Shown: piece after piece, positions 1 to 13,030 of the stretch | How the letters are laid out: every line of letters begins with the position of its first letter | Position numbering within the stretch: position 1 is the stretch's first letter | DNA from: Camelus ferus | Lineage: Eukaryota | Length of the DNA: 64,000 nt | Assembly (NCBI RefSeq): GCF_009834535.1 | Contig: NC_045707.1 | Span: forward strand, 48,672,001-48,736,000 | Direction of reading: 5' to 3' | Translations under genes and position numbers: made by a program | Notes under the pieces: model-generated | Seen by the model: the letters and a program-made list of their open reading frames with translations, nothing else | What the model was told of the DNA's origin: nothing | Databases searched by the model: none

Positions 1-264
1 TTACCTTAATTAATTATATATGATGTGTGCCAGTGTATTTGTATAACATTTCCTTATTAAAGGCAGTGAATGTTTTATGTTCAGCCTTTATATCTTCCAC
101 ATTCTGCAAACAAGGTGGATATTCAAATATTGAATCAACTTGAAAAACATGAGCAGTTCTTATTTTTCAAATTTCACATTTTTCACTATATGAGTGAATA
201 TCAAACCAAGAAAAGTTTCAGAGGGTAAAAAGAAATGTTAAGGAACATTAAATAAAAAATATTC

Positions 265-476
265 ATACATAATATAATTGAAAGTTGTTAAGAGAGTAGA
301 TATTAAATGTTATCACCACCAAAAAAATAAAATTATGTGAGGAAATGGAGGTATAAACCCTACTGTGGTAATCATTTCACAATATATACATGTATTATAT
401 CACCATATTGTGCACCTTAAACATACATATGTTATATGTCAATAATATCTCAATAAAACTGGAAAAATAATAAAAA
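265..476 (+). mobile_element. LINE-1 3' end (L1MA9/10-like), 5'-truncated
   Basis: gaaagttgttaagagagtagat...gtgcaccttaaacatac...atatctcaataaaactggaaaaa resembles old L1MA 3' UTRs and ends in AATAAA plus an A-rich tail. Confidence 0.8.
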
Positions 477-1764
477 TATTCAAGGAGAGTTAAGTAAAAA
501 TAACCAAGAATGAATCTAGACATATTTGTGGTTAGCATTTGTAACTCATCATTTCTTTTCCTTCTTGTTGTTGCTGGATAGTAGTTACGTGGAAAAATTT
601 CAGCTCTGGGGAGTAGGCAGTTAACATTTTTGAATGAGTGTGAATGGACTGATGACTTTTCCATGAAGAAAATGTCAACCTTTAATGTAATGTATGTAGA
701 AACTAGCTTTCTCATTATCTAGTGTCAACATCACTTTCAAACAAACAGCCTGTCAACCAAGAAATAGTTAAAACCAAGTTGCATTTTTACTAAGGTCTCT
801 CTTGAAATTACCAAAAAGGAAGAGATGGAAAATATATTCTTAACGCTTAATAAAATCTTCTAATATATGTCCTTTTATCATATCTCTTATTTTAAAATAT
901 CTCCCACAAAGAAGTAGCTCTCCCAAATGTCTCTTCTTTCTGATCTGCCCCCAACTTTCGTTGACTTTTGCTTATGTTAATCTTGAATTTTTCCTCCATT
1001 GCCTTTATTCTACCCTCTGATCTGCTACAACCTTCATTTACATAAAAGTGGCCAGAAGTCTCTTGGCAATACTGAATTCTTTAGCTGAAATGGGAAGGAA
1101 ACTGGGCTGTGAAAACTCAAACTTTAATATCTTACTCTTGGCTAAACAAATTGTAGTGGGGCTTGAGTAGAAGTCAGTGAGAAAAAGAAATTTTGTATTT
1201 GATCTTCAGGATTTTAAACTAAAGAACTAGGAAGAGGTATTTACATTAAATCAGAGGATTTTTGCTTAATCCTTGTTTTAGTTTAAATTGGAATAGGAAT
1301 GAAAATTCATGGCTTTTGTTCCATATATGGATTCATTCCTCATCCAGACATTCTCTTCCCCCTGCTCTCTGAGACCCCAGAATCTTAGGGATTTTCTCAC
1401 TGCCATCCCCGTGCAAGCGAGGAGCATTCAAGAAGCTGCTTCTAACACAGAGCTGTGTAGAAGGTTGAGGGAAAAAGGAACTACTGTTTTCCAGAAGGTC
1501 CTTAAAGTGAAACAGACCACAGATTCTCTAATTAGCAAGAGCAGACCCAAGGCAAGCAGGCAGCCTTCTGTTTACCTCAAGACTAGGAAGGAGACTGGCT
1601 GGCTTTCCCTTAAAGATAACAAATGCTATTTATCACTGTGTGAAAGAATCTTGCCAGATTAAGTATATTTGGAAAAAAGAAAAAAGAAAAGTTCACAGTG
1701 GCATTTTTTAAACTCTTAAAGAAAATGAATTTGGTATAAGAAGAGGCTTTGTATGTCAAGCTAA

Positions 1765-1880
1765 CCCTGTACTAACCTATCCTTCCTTCAGTATAAAATT
1801 AAAATAACAGTACTTGGCCTATACTCAGCCTCTCAAATTTGTTGTGAAGATCACACAAGATGATTCTTGTGATGGCATTA
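1765..1880 (+). mobile_element. MIR SINE fragment
   Basis: ttccttcagtataaaattaaaataacagta...ttgttgtgaagatcacacaagatgat resembles the MIR core and 3' part. Confidence 0.55.
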
Positions 1881-2754
1881 GAAGAAATAAGCGATAGATT
1901 TCCATTTACATTATACAAATGTATTGTTCTGGACCTCCTGATTATTATAATTTTTATTATTAGGCCAGTTTAGAAATAGTGCTTTCTTGAAATAAAATTA
2001 ATAGGGAGGTTTGACTACTGGGCTCCTGTGGAGCCTTTTAGAAAATAATTGAATATTAAATAATCATTTAAAAATCACTTGAATGCAACATTAGCTTTGA
2101 GGCTTCTAGGCTGTAGTATACATTTAATATGTATAGTAACGTTTTCTTTGATATTTGCATGTATGATAAAAGAGGCAAACTTCTATTTAAAAAAAAAAAC
2201 TAATGAGATGCACATAATACCAAAAGAAAAAAGGGAGGAACAAAATAATCAAAACAACTGGTTGGAGATAGCAGACTATCTTCATAATGCAAAAGAAGCA
2301 AAATGCTTGCTGAGAGATCCTCGAAATAAATAATAAAATATAAACATAAGTGACTTTAATATTGAATTAGAACACAAAAGAAACCAGTTTAATGTCAGTA
2401 TAACATTTACGGTATGTACAAAAGTTTTGTTTGTAGGTAGGAAATTCACTTGGTAAGCCAATACGGGTTGGTATTGGTCGATATCACCAGTAACTGTTCT
2501 ATGCCAGGCCTTGTCAGTTGGAAGAGACTTCAGTAATGCTCTAGCTTTTTCCTTGTAGAGTCTACTTTGGAGATTCAGACTGAGAAAATTCTTTATTGTG
2601 CTTTGGTAACGCTTGGCATCCTTGTTCTCAGGGAACTGAACATTAGGAGGCTCTCCTAGTCATTTTGACAAACAAAATTGTCAAAATAGCTTTTACCAAC
2701 TTTCAGTACCCCATGGTTGGTGGTCAGTCTCACCCCACCTTTCCCAAGAGCCAC

Positions 2755-2875
2755 ATCATTTTACACGTCAGGAATCAGAGTCCCAAGGAAGTTAATTGAT
2801 TCTCCAAAAGCCACAGAGCGGCAGACCTGGGAAGTGACTTTTCCATCTTGGTGCTTTTCCACTACCTCAAACTGC
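2755..2875 (-). mobile_element. MIR (MIR3-like) SINE fragment
   Basis: tcattttacacgtcaggaatcagagtcccaaggaagttaattgattctccaaaagccacag...ttttccactac is a reverse MIR core. Confidence 0.6.
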
Positions 2876-4759
2876 CGCCTCTCCAAGTCCCCTTAAAGTG
2901 CGATGGACCAACTCTGGATAACTTACACAACAAACTTCTAACAGAGATTACCTTTCTACAGTGGGAATGAAGAGACAGCAGTGAAGAGAATTTCACCTTT
3001 TCTTCATGTGCCTATGAATTTTTTTAATAATTTACAATAAGTACCCTTTAGATTTGTGATATTTTAAATAAAAATAAATTCTATATGGTATCTTTTTCTT
3101 CTACTCCTATGACAGTTTAGAGAACGTTTTGTAACACTCCCTGGAGTCCATTTTTATACATTACAATCAATGACACAGAATACTCTTCTAGAGATGTTAT
3201 TTTTCTGCATGATTATCACTACTACTCTGTCTGTTCCTTTTAAATATTAAGAATTCTGAATAGGATTTTCTTTCCATTTGCTTTTGTTTTTGTTTTTCTC
3301 CTCCTTCCACCTTACTATGTGAGATTGATGAAATGTTCCACATATCGTATTTTGGTGCCCATGTACAGAAAAATAGCAAAATTGTGGCAGGATAAAATAG
3401 GTTAGACAACTGAAAACAAACAACAAAATAAAATTTTTTTGAATCACGTGTTTACAAATGTGTTTGTTCAATAAAGGCAGAGGCAGACCAGATTAAGTCA
3501 TTTCCGGTACTAACAAGTAAGATACCCATTTGAGAATCAATAGCGTCGCTTACTGACAAAGGATCACTAAGACCAAATTAAGACCGCCCAGACTACAATC
3601 TTTGGAGCATTATTCATTTATTCACATATTTTCTTCACTGAAGCCTTTCATCTTGTGTAAATTCAGGTGGGAATTAAGTTGAAATGAAAAGTAACTCAAT
3701 GTACTATCAAGACCTATCCCCTGGAATGGGGCCGACTTCTCTCTCCCTCTTTCCTGATGTCCACACTTGCTGGGACTTAGCATCTCCTCTGAATTTATTG
3801 CTGTCATAGAAACATGTGTTCCTAGTTGACCTTTTGTTTTTCAAGGGGAAAGATAAACATGCCACCCACCTCGGGGGCCCAAATAGAGGCTATTCCCAGA
3901 GAATTGCACCTTCCCAGCTGCAGAGTCTGCCTTGCACAGGACAGCAGCCATCTCTCAGCCTCGTTGGCAGCAACAAGCAGAGAATGGACGCCAGCTGTAC
4001 TGGAGCTGGAGCTTTGTGAACCCTTTCCTATTAGGCTACATCCTGTCTGTCTTTTAAGAGTGAAGGAATGTTTCAGGTCAAATAAAGAATAGTCTTATGT
4101 AATATAACCCCCAGGATTAATCTTTTGCAAATAACAGCCGGCAGGCCACCTGAGGTGAAGGGCAAGTAGTAAAATATCTCCAACTGGACATAATGGAAAT
4201 ATACTACATGTTATAGATTAGAATGCTTAAAGGGAGGAAAAGTCTGATGTTTTAAGTCATGCCCACTGTCGGTGAATTTTAGATTTGGAAGATACTTTGG
4301 GTATTGAGACTTGGAATCTGGACTTAAATCATAGCAATGATGCATCTAGCATATCCTTAGTCGTTTGTGTAGAGTTTTTAAAGAGTGCCACCTCTAAGGA
4401 TATGCCATTGTGTGTCTTTGTGTAATGCTTTAGCTGCACAAGTGCTGTATGAAAAAGCCTGCGTGTGTGTCATCTGTATACTTGGCTTTTTGATTTAGAT
4501 GTTTCAGAAATATCTCAGACTTAGCAGAGAACTCTTGGTTTCTTTCACAAACTTGCCATGCCATGCCATTCCCCATTTCATTAAATGGAAGACAAATATA
4601 GACAGTTGTTTAAGCCAAAAGTGTGGTTATTCTAGAGCCCTCCCCTTCCCCTTTGGAACTCCTGCCCCCTTTGCCACATTTAAACTGTCAGAAAGTTCAT
4701 CAGTCTCACCTCCAAAGTGCTTCTGGAATATGCCTTCTCAGGGAGCCTACAGCAAGCAC

Positions 4760-5345
4760 TAGCCTTTAGTTAATCTTTCTCCCATACATCCCACCAGCAT
4801 ATTTCATTCTCCACACAGCATCCAAAGTGTTCTTTTACAGAGCCAACCAGGCTAGGTCATTTTCTCTTCTACAATCTGTAGGTGTCTTCCAAATTTTCTT
4901 GGAGTTAAACTCAACCTCTTTATCATAACCTAAAAGGCCAGGCAGAGTCTGACCTCTGCCCAGCTCTCTGCAGCTCCCACCATTATCCACCCTTACTCAT
5001 TGCATTCCATACTCTTCCCTCAAACTAACAGGCTGTTTCCTGCTCAGAGATTTACATACACTGGTCCTCTGCCTGAACTACTCTTTCCCTAGAACTTCAC
5101 ATGACAAGAAACTTCACTCAGCACTGTGCTCTAACAGCGCCTCTTCAGAAAAGCCCTCCCTGGCAACACTCTTTATAAGAAAGATAAAATTCAATTAATT
5201 AAATGAATTAAAACACTTAATGAGAGAAAACCCTTTCCTAGTTACTAGTATATCACCCAGTGTATCTTCTCTGTACCAGTTATTTCAGTCGAAGTTTATC
5301 TTGTTTGTTTCCCTATTTACTGACTGTCTCGCCCTACTAGAAAGT
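4760..5345 (+). mobile_element. LINE-2 3' region
   Basis: attctccacacagcatccaaagtg, aaggccaggcagagtctgacctctgcc, ctcttcagaaaagccctccctggcaac and tgactgtctcgccctactagaa occur in L2 order. Confidence 0.75.
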
Positions 5346-7929
5346 AGGCACCTCAACTGTGCCTCAGACATCACTTGGCAACATGGTGCAAACTTCATAT
5401 AAATATACACATACACATACCTATTTTTATAAGTGGAAATTATTCCTAACATCATGAGATAACTCATTTCTCCTATCCCTGCCTATCATCAGTGACACCT
5501 AGGTTCAATTTCTTTTTCACTCATGTTTTAGTCTCCTCACATCTAGAATTAAAGAGAAGCACAACGGAGACTTACTGTGAAGGGAAAAAAATGGGTTAAT
5601 CCATAGCTAGTGTTGGTTGGTTCCCAGGTAGTAAACTGAGTCCCTCAGTCACCATTCCGCAAAGAATTCTTCCCAGGAAAGCACTGTGAGTTACTGCTTT
5701 AAAGGAGATTTAGAAACATCTCGCCCTGCCTGGTTTGGCATAGAAGAGCGAATAAACGTGCTTGAACTCACTACATGCTTCAGGGCATATGTGTATAGCT
5801 TAATATATCACACTCTGAAAACTTCTTTCTCCCGGAAAACACGCTCATACCATCCAAACAGAACACACCCTTCATTGAGTCCAATGAGCTCCTGGGTGGT
5901 CTGGCACTAAAATCCTCCCATTGATAGCTTAGTGTATTCTCCATAGTGTTTTGAACACAAAGAAGTCAAAGATCCACTCATTATATTATGTTATGCATTG
6001 TTAGCATTAAAAAGTATAACTTCGCTTATAATTATCACAGATGATTTTATTATAAAAACAACAGACATCTGTTTATGCCTATGCTTTTAATTCTATAACC
6101 AGGGGTACCAAACTTTTCACAGTTGTATCTTGGTATTTATTATTTATTACCTTCATTTTGTATCTAAATATATCTTTAGCCAGCAAATTATAACACATAT
6201 ATTTTTTCTCTTTCCTTCTTGATTTTAATGAGTTCCCGTAAACTTTTTATATATGTATCATATTTGTTTCTTTTCTCCTCTCTGTGTCACAGTATAGATT
6301 AGGTGATTCTAAGAGTCTTTAATACAGCTCAGTTAGAAATCAAATGTACGTTAGTGTGAGTTCCTCCATCATATCTCCTCCTCAAGCAGTCTCTGACTTT
6401 TGCTATGAAATTCCATTTCTTCGAAACTTGATGGTTTAGAAACTTTCGTTCTCTAAATTTTTAGAAGTTTCAAGGTGAATTGTCAAAGGGTGTGATGTGA
6501 TCAAGAGGGGAAAGGGGCAGAGAGCAAGGTTGTGAGATCCCACAGGTTTCCATCCAGCAGAGAAGACACTCTTATCTCTTTTACATATTAGACTTTTGAA
6601 TAGTACTTATTTCGAAGAAATCATTTCCAGTCCAAAAAAATGTGAAGATCATCATTTGATTCATGATTTGTGCAACTCCGGACAACACGAGACAAGCACC
6701 AGGCTGAGGTAGGCTTAGGATACCTGAGACCACTACCCAAGGAAGCGGAGTCTGTGAGGCACTGAACTGTTTACACTTCCAGAACTCTGAGGCCTGGAGA
6801 TGTGGCCCCCAGGACCCAGGCTTGTGGGAGGAGCTCAGGCCCTCCCACATGTGTGCTTGGGAACTCTCATTTCTAAAAATAATTTGATCATCTTGATAGT
6901 CCCTTGCTGGTCGCATCATTTGCAAATATTTTTGCCCCACCAGTCCTGCCTGCTTCTTTGCATCTTTGAGTTGAGTTAAAATCTAGTAAGATTGTGTCTG
7001 GGAAAATAAATTTTCATTTCTACTGGAGGCCATCTCTGCCCCCAACAAGACTCACCAGGTAGAGAAGTGACCTAAAAGAGGAAAAGGTTTTAGAGGGTGA
7101 CTGTAGAAAATGAACTTGATTACAGGTGTCATTTTTAGTGTGATATTTCACAATTTATACTCATTTAAATGTCCAAACCTCTACTTTCTCAACTCTAAGG
7201 GAAAGTCCTTAATTTCTATTTGCCTCTCTATATATTATTTGGTTACTTTCAGTAATACCAAAATTCTATCAAGATTTAGTTAAAAGTCACTCCCAAATCC
7301 AATACTTTTATTATATGAAGTAAAAATGTTCTGTGCTTAACTCATTTCATCTATACTTCTGCAGCCACATTTTGTAGAATGTCTTTAGTTAGTCCCTTTT
7401 TCCACCAAAATTGCTCACTGTCAATAGATTAAAACAATACCTGGTGTCTAGGCTATATATATATTATCTTGCCCTTATAATAGCTCTCTTTCCTTCACTT
7501 ATTCCAAGCTAAAACTCTTAATCCAGCTGCTACTTTGCCTGAAACCACTGACATATCCTAATATCCTTTTACCAGGACCCAGCTGTGGCTTCATCCATTG
7601 TTGCATTACTGAAAATAAGGAACAGAGGTCTTCATTCTTGATCCACTACGTGGAAGAAGTTCTAATATTTTGTAATTGTACAACCTCCAAAATAAATCCA
7701 TGTTCTCCTATCATCTGAAGCTTACACAAAAGCTTCTTTGGAAGCTTACATAAAATATTCCCTGAGCCACAAATATGACATAATAATCAAAGTTCCTAAG
7801 TAACCCATTAGTAGGCAGCTTCTCTCATTTTTTACTAAGCTGAATGCATTCATATAACATGTTATCTTAAAAAATCTTGTATATATTGAAATCCAATTCA
7901 TTTGAACAAACAGAGGTTGAGAGGAACTA

Positions 7930-9545
7930 TGAATCAGCCTGTTCCAGGTGAAGGGAAAAGAAACTAGATAAGACGAAGTCTCTACCTTCAAGAGGTTATG
8001 AACTAACAGAGGAGAAAGAGTGAAAAAAGATTGCAGTATTTTGTGAAAAGTACAAGAATAGAAGTAGGCTTAAGATACAGTGATAATATACTGGAAGCAG
8101 GGGGAGGGATGGAGTTTTGTCTCAGGATAGAGATCACATTTCTTTGAGTGGATATTATTTAGCTGGGTTTTGAAGGACACACAGGAAAATTCCAGAGTTG
8201 AACAAGAAAGAGAAGGCCAGTCTGACCAGAAGGAACAGCATGCATGAAAGTTCAAAACTTGAAGCATCATTAAGTGAAGAACTTTATGCAGTGACTTAAT
8301 AAGCTAGATGTGGCAGATAAGTATACAGGAACCAAAACATGCAGGTTCTTGTATGCCAGCTAAAGGCGTTTAGCAATAATTTAGTTTTAATCCTGCAGGT
8401 GATGGGAAGCTGCTGGGGGAATTTTTAAACAAGGAAATGACATGTTCAGACTTATATTTTACTTTTGTTAGAGATATCCCTCTTGGCAGCATGTGGAGGA
8501 AAGGACGGAAGAGGGTAAGACTGCAAGTAAGACTAGTTGAATAAGAAACTATTCCAGTAGTACATACAAGAGATGGTAAAAACTTAGCCACTAACGAAGG
8601 GTAGTTGTTGACTTGATTCCCATGTATCTTGGTTAGGAGAGTATATGCCACTTAAGTGAGGAAATAAGAGACAAGAGATCAGAGACGAGCAGAGAAATGT
8701 AACTTCTAGTGAGATATTTTAGTGCAAATAGGCAATAGTTTCTGTGGGTCAGGCACTTTGCAGAAAAGTCTAAAGTAGAGATAACAAAGTTGAAAGGCAC
8801 CTGCATATAGGTTTTGGGGGTTCAGGTTTCCTAGGCGAGAAGATGAGACTGAGAAAGATCTGAAGTCAGAAACATAGAAATTTAAATAGCAGGCAAAACA
8901 TTTCCAACAAATGCATTATATACATAGGAAGAAAACCAAAAGAAAACGGCAGAGAAACCAAGGGCATAGAGTTTCTAAAAGAAGGAATAACTAAAAAATA
9001 AAATGTCATAATGAGACCAAGTCCATTGGATTTGGTCATCAGATCATTTATTATCTGCCAGAGCTGCTTCCACAATACTGTATGACTAAAAGAAGGAAGT
9101 GTAAATTTTTTTTTTCCAAAAACTATCTAGAAAGCAATGGAATGTATTGGAGAAATTGCTCAAAGATGGAGAGATTAAGCGTATATCTAAGCTGAAAGGA
9201 AGGATTTATAGAAAATAAAATTTGAAGGAAAAACAAACCAAGGTTTAGAGAAGAGATGAAAAGTGTAAATGGGGTTTTTTAGCCTTAACACAGATAGGGG
9301 GAATTTCCTTTTGGAGACTTGAGAGAAGGGAAAAAATATTCTTGTGGATGGAGAAGCTATTGTAATTAGAATGGTAGAATGCTGAGTCATTTGGTCCCTG
9401 ATGGTCTCACATTTCTGTGGTAGGAGAAATAATTTGCTTAGAGTGGACTATTTATGGATTGAATGAGGCTTTTGGAGGTGTGACAGATTTGAAATAGCTA
9501 CTGGAGAAATTTAAGAGGAAGTTTATCAAAGAGGAGCAGAGCAAG
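7930..9545 (-). mobile_element. LINE-2, long decayed copy
   Basis: Purine-rich plus strand with reverse-L2 landmarks: ttttaatcctgcaggtgatgggaagctgctggggaatttttaaacaagg and gtccattggatttggtcatcag. Confidence 0.75.
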
Positions 9546-9999
9546 TGTCTTTCTATGTTCATTATAAAATTTTCTATCTTTATTTCTTATGTCATTTTTC
9601 CATCTCTATATATTACAGAAGTATACTTAAATAACTCAATAGTCTCTTGTTTCTCATTTTCTTTCTTAATTGTATTCTCTTATTTTTCCTCTCTCCTCTT
9701 CCACACTGCCTCAAATTTTTAAGATTTCCTGTTTTCCCTCTTCAAGATTCCTACTGCTGACAGTTGACAATTACCAAGACCCTAAGAGGGACCAAAGGGG
9801 AACATTCAGGCTTGAGAACAGCCAGATTACAGTTTTAAACTTCCTATTTCATTCTTACAGCATTTTTTCTTCTACTTCTATGTCTGCATGGCTTGTGCCT
9901 GCACTGATCATCCAGTAGTCTCCTTGTTCATTTTGATCCTGGAATTTTGAAATGCTGCTTTAAAGTTTGTTGTAATCCAACCAACTTCTTTTCTCACGC

Positions 10000-10450
10000 T
10001 TAGGACCAGTGATGGAGTTTTACTGGCTTAAACCTAAGACTTGAAAGAGTTAGACATGCAGATATCTGAGAGCTAAGTCTTCAGGCTGGCCTCCTTCCTG
10101 GTAGAAAAATGGCGTACAGAAGTTTCAACCTCATTTCTGCATATCACACCACCGAGAGAGAGACCTTTTTTCCCAGTCAAATAATAGTTCTGAACTTCCG
10201 TCCGACTGGATATAAGCAGATCGTTTTTGTTTAGAATCTGGGCTTCAGCCTATTTGACCTAAGCCTGGGTTATTGCAGGTATTACTGAGGTGAAGGGGAT
10301 AAAATTACACTGATTGGTTCATATCAATTAGGATCTACTTTTACCTGAGGGTGGGGTCAGTTCTACCTTAATCAAATACATCCTATATAACAGAGGTGGG
10401 ATGGGATAAAATGGATGCTACGGAGTCAATAAAATGCTTACTATTATAGA
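10000..10450 (-). mobile_element. MaLR LTR (MLT1K/L-like), decayed
   Basis: aaaatggcgtacagaagtttcaacc...ctgattggttc...gagggtggggtcagttctacc resembles a reverse old MLT1 LTR. Confidence 0.5.
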
Positions 10451-10880
10451 TTCAGTAGTGCTCATCCTCAGTCTGTTCCCAGAAAAATCCCCTATGCAGG
10501 TTTGTTTCAAGGGCGTGTGGGCATTCAGTTGCACACCATTACTATTTGTGACATAGTATATACCACATGGTGTATTATGCACAGAGCACATAGAAGTAAT
10601 TACCAAAAATTTGGTCTTTCCCCACAAGCCTAAATAGCAAGAGAAAGGAGATAATATTCCTCTTTCTATCCCTAGGACTGAAAGCAATGAATGTTTATGA
10701 AATAGAGGTTATCTTCCCAAGAGTACAAAGTGCTAGCACCTATCTTGCCAGGATGGACAATTCTTTTGTTTCCTTTCCTCACCTCCCTGCAGAGATGGAG
10801 CTCGACTTCCAGCTAACATTAAAGAGGCCATGTTTGTGATTCACCATATGGTTTTGTGCAATTCACTTGTTTTTCACTGG

Positions 10881-11490
10881 TGTGAAGATTTTTGTTACTG
10901 CATATTAAAATCCATCAGAAAACATTCATGCTGGAGAGGCACTGAAAACTGAGTAGACAAAATGATTCAGTCAGCCTTTGTATTCTGAGATCCTGGAAGT
11001 GACACAGTGGGTACGTGGACAGAGTAGCCATGGTGGCAGAGATAGAAGCTGTGCATTGGCCCAATGGATTTCCATTTAGTAAGACACAGACATCTCTGAA
11101 TGTCCAACCCGCCAGCCACAGAAACCAATGCTGAGATCTTGGTAAGGCACTGTTCTTCAAGGAGACCAACTGGTGGCATCTGTTTTGGGCCCCCTTCATG
11201 CTAGAAGGGCCAGTGTTTATCCTCACAGGAATAAATACATATTCCAGATATCAGTTTGCTTTTTCTCTCCACAGAGCCTCAGACAGCATAACTATGGGGC
11301 TTGTATAGTGCCAGATCTATAAACAGAGACTGTCATACATAATAGTGTTCAACCAAGAGACCCACTTCATAGCAAAGTGGGTGCAGAAATGACCATGGGA
11401 TCCACGTGGTATGAGTTGCATCAGCAACTATGTGGGAGCAGCTGTCCTGATGGATAGTTAGAATGGATGACTTACGGCACAGTCTAATCC
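10881..11490 (+). mobile_element. ERV-L internal pol relic (end of RNase H plus integrase), with stops and frameshifts
   Basis: Pieces translate as VKIFV, QPLYSEILEVTQWVRGQSSHGGRDRSCALAQ, ECPTRQPQKPML, GPPSC*KGQ, ILTGINTYSRYQFAF. These are colinear with ERV-L integrase as recalled (QWAHEQSGHGGRDG..ECPICQQQRP..LTGIDTYSGYGFA). Confidence 0.85.
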
Positions 11491-12644
11491 TTGGAGCAAG
11501 TGGAAATGGTATTAATTTTGCTGATTTTTTTGGAAGAGTTGAAAATAATCCATTAATGCAAGAAACATCAGAGGTACTTATTCCAGCCTCATGACTTCCC
11601 CTGGATTCTTATATCCAGTATTTTGAGAGAGAATATTAAGGTACCATCCCACAGGCATGAATTTACACCCCAATAAATATGCTTTTAGCTATACAACAAA
11701 TCCTTTAGTTTTTAGTCTTTCTGTAGGAAATAATGCCAGATGAGTCTAATTGTGATATTTTGTGCTGACCTTCTGTGGGTAAAAAAAAAGAATGAAAGTA
11801 AGATTTAGGAAATTAAATTCTTGAGCCAAATCCTTCTTTAATTTCCCCTCAAATAAAATCCCTCATGTAGTTTTGGACAAAGCATAATCTTGAAGAATAT
11901 ATTCACTAAAAACTGCCTCTAAATTTTAAAATTTTCAACCCCTTAAACAGAATATATTTAGATCTCTAAATTTAGAATTTGTTAAATGTCCTTATCTTTT
12001 CAATTTTTGAAAAAATTTATCAAAATGAATAGCAGGAGCCAGAAGACATGAATATGAGTTCTATTTTATTTATTTAAAAAAGTTAGACCTGGCTTAGGAA
12101 ATTAATGTTTCTTTTAAAATTGGTGATCATTCCAATTCATCATAAAGCTGAAATATTCAGAGTATATTTCTGATGCAACATAAAGAATTAATCCTGATAT
12201 TTAAAATTCAACTATGATTTTTTTTTCCTTTACACTGAAGGTCTTTGGAGATCAGGAATTTTAGCTCGTTACTCTGAATTTATTATTAGGGATCCTTTAC
12301 AGTTCAAAAAGGAATTGATTACTCTCTGAACTGTAAAGAGACAATTGTTACTTCATTGTTACTCCCTTAATGCTAGTTGTGGTCTTTTTTACCTCTCAAC
12401 TAAGTTTTATGACATCCCAGCTGTCAGTTGGCCTTCTCCCCCAGTCCACTCTACATAACTGCTAAAGTGATCGATTCTGTCACATTTCCTGCACTAGCCA
12501 ATGCACTCGCCCCTTCAGCTAAACTGAATTATTGTGCTTGCTGTACCTTTTACCTGGGCCCCTGCTCTTTATCTGTGGGAATCACTTCTTATTAACCTCA
12601 ATCTTTAGAAGTCTTTCTCCTCCTTCCACGACTTGCTCCAAAGA

Positions 12645-13030
12645 AGCATGCAGTAAGAAAAGGAAAACTCAACTGTAACCAGAGGACTTCGGTCTTAATC
12701 CCAGTTCTGCCACTCATGAGCTATGCACATTTTTGTAGCTTGTACCTCTTCAGACTCAGTTTCCTCATCTCTAAAGTGAGAACACACGACAAACTAGATC
12801 AGTGATCCTCAGAGTGTGATCCCTGGACCAACAGCACCAGCATCACCAGGAGCTTGTTAGAAATGCCAATTTTGGGGACTCACCCCAGCTCTACTGAATC
12901 AAGAATTCTGGAGATAGGACCAAACAATCTGTTTTTTTTTTTAATGCAGAGTCTAGGTAATTCTTATTCCTGCTAAAATTTGAGAACCACTAGACTAGAT
13001 AATCACCAAGGTCCCTCCTATAGCTAAAAT
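12645..13030 (+). mobile_element. MIR3-like SINE split by MER5A
   Basis: aatcccagttctgccact...ctcagtttcctcatctctaaagtgag, resuming after MER5A as actagataatcaccaaggtccctcc. Confidence 0.75.
12800..12992 (+). mobile_element. MER5A (hAT-Charlie MITE)
   Basis: Ends cagtgatcctca / tgagaaccacta; internal cagcatcacc..gagcttgttagaaatgc..tactgaatcaagaattctgg; 8-bp TSD aactagat (12792-12799) / gactagat (12993-13000). Confidence 0.9.

Noticed and set aside
1309..1662. 117-aa ATG-initiated ORF
   Set aside because: No recognisable domain or splice context; length is within chance expectation.
10915..11226. Minus-strand ORFs of 103 and 70 aa
   Set aside because: Antisense to the ERV-L integrase relic.
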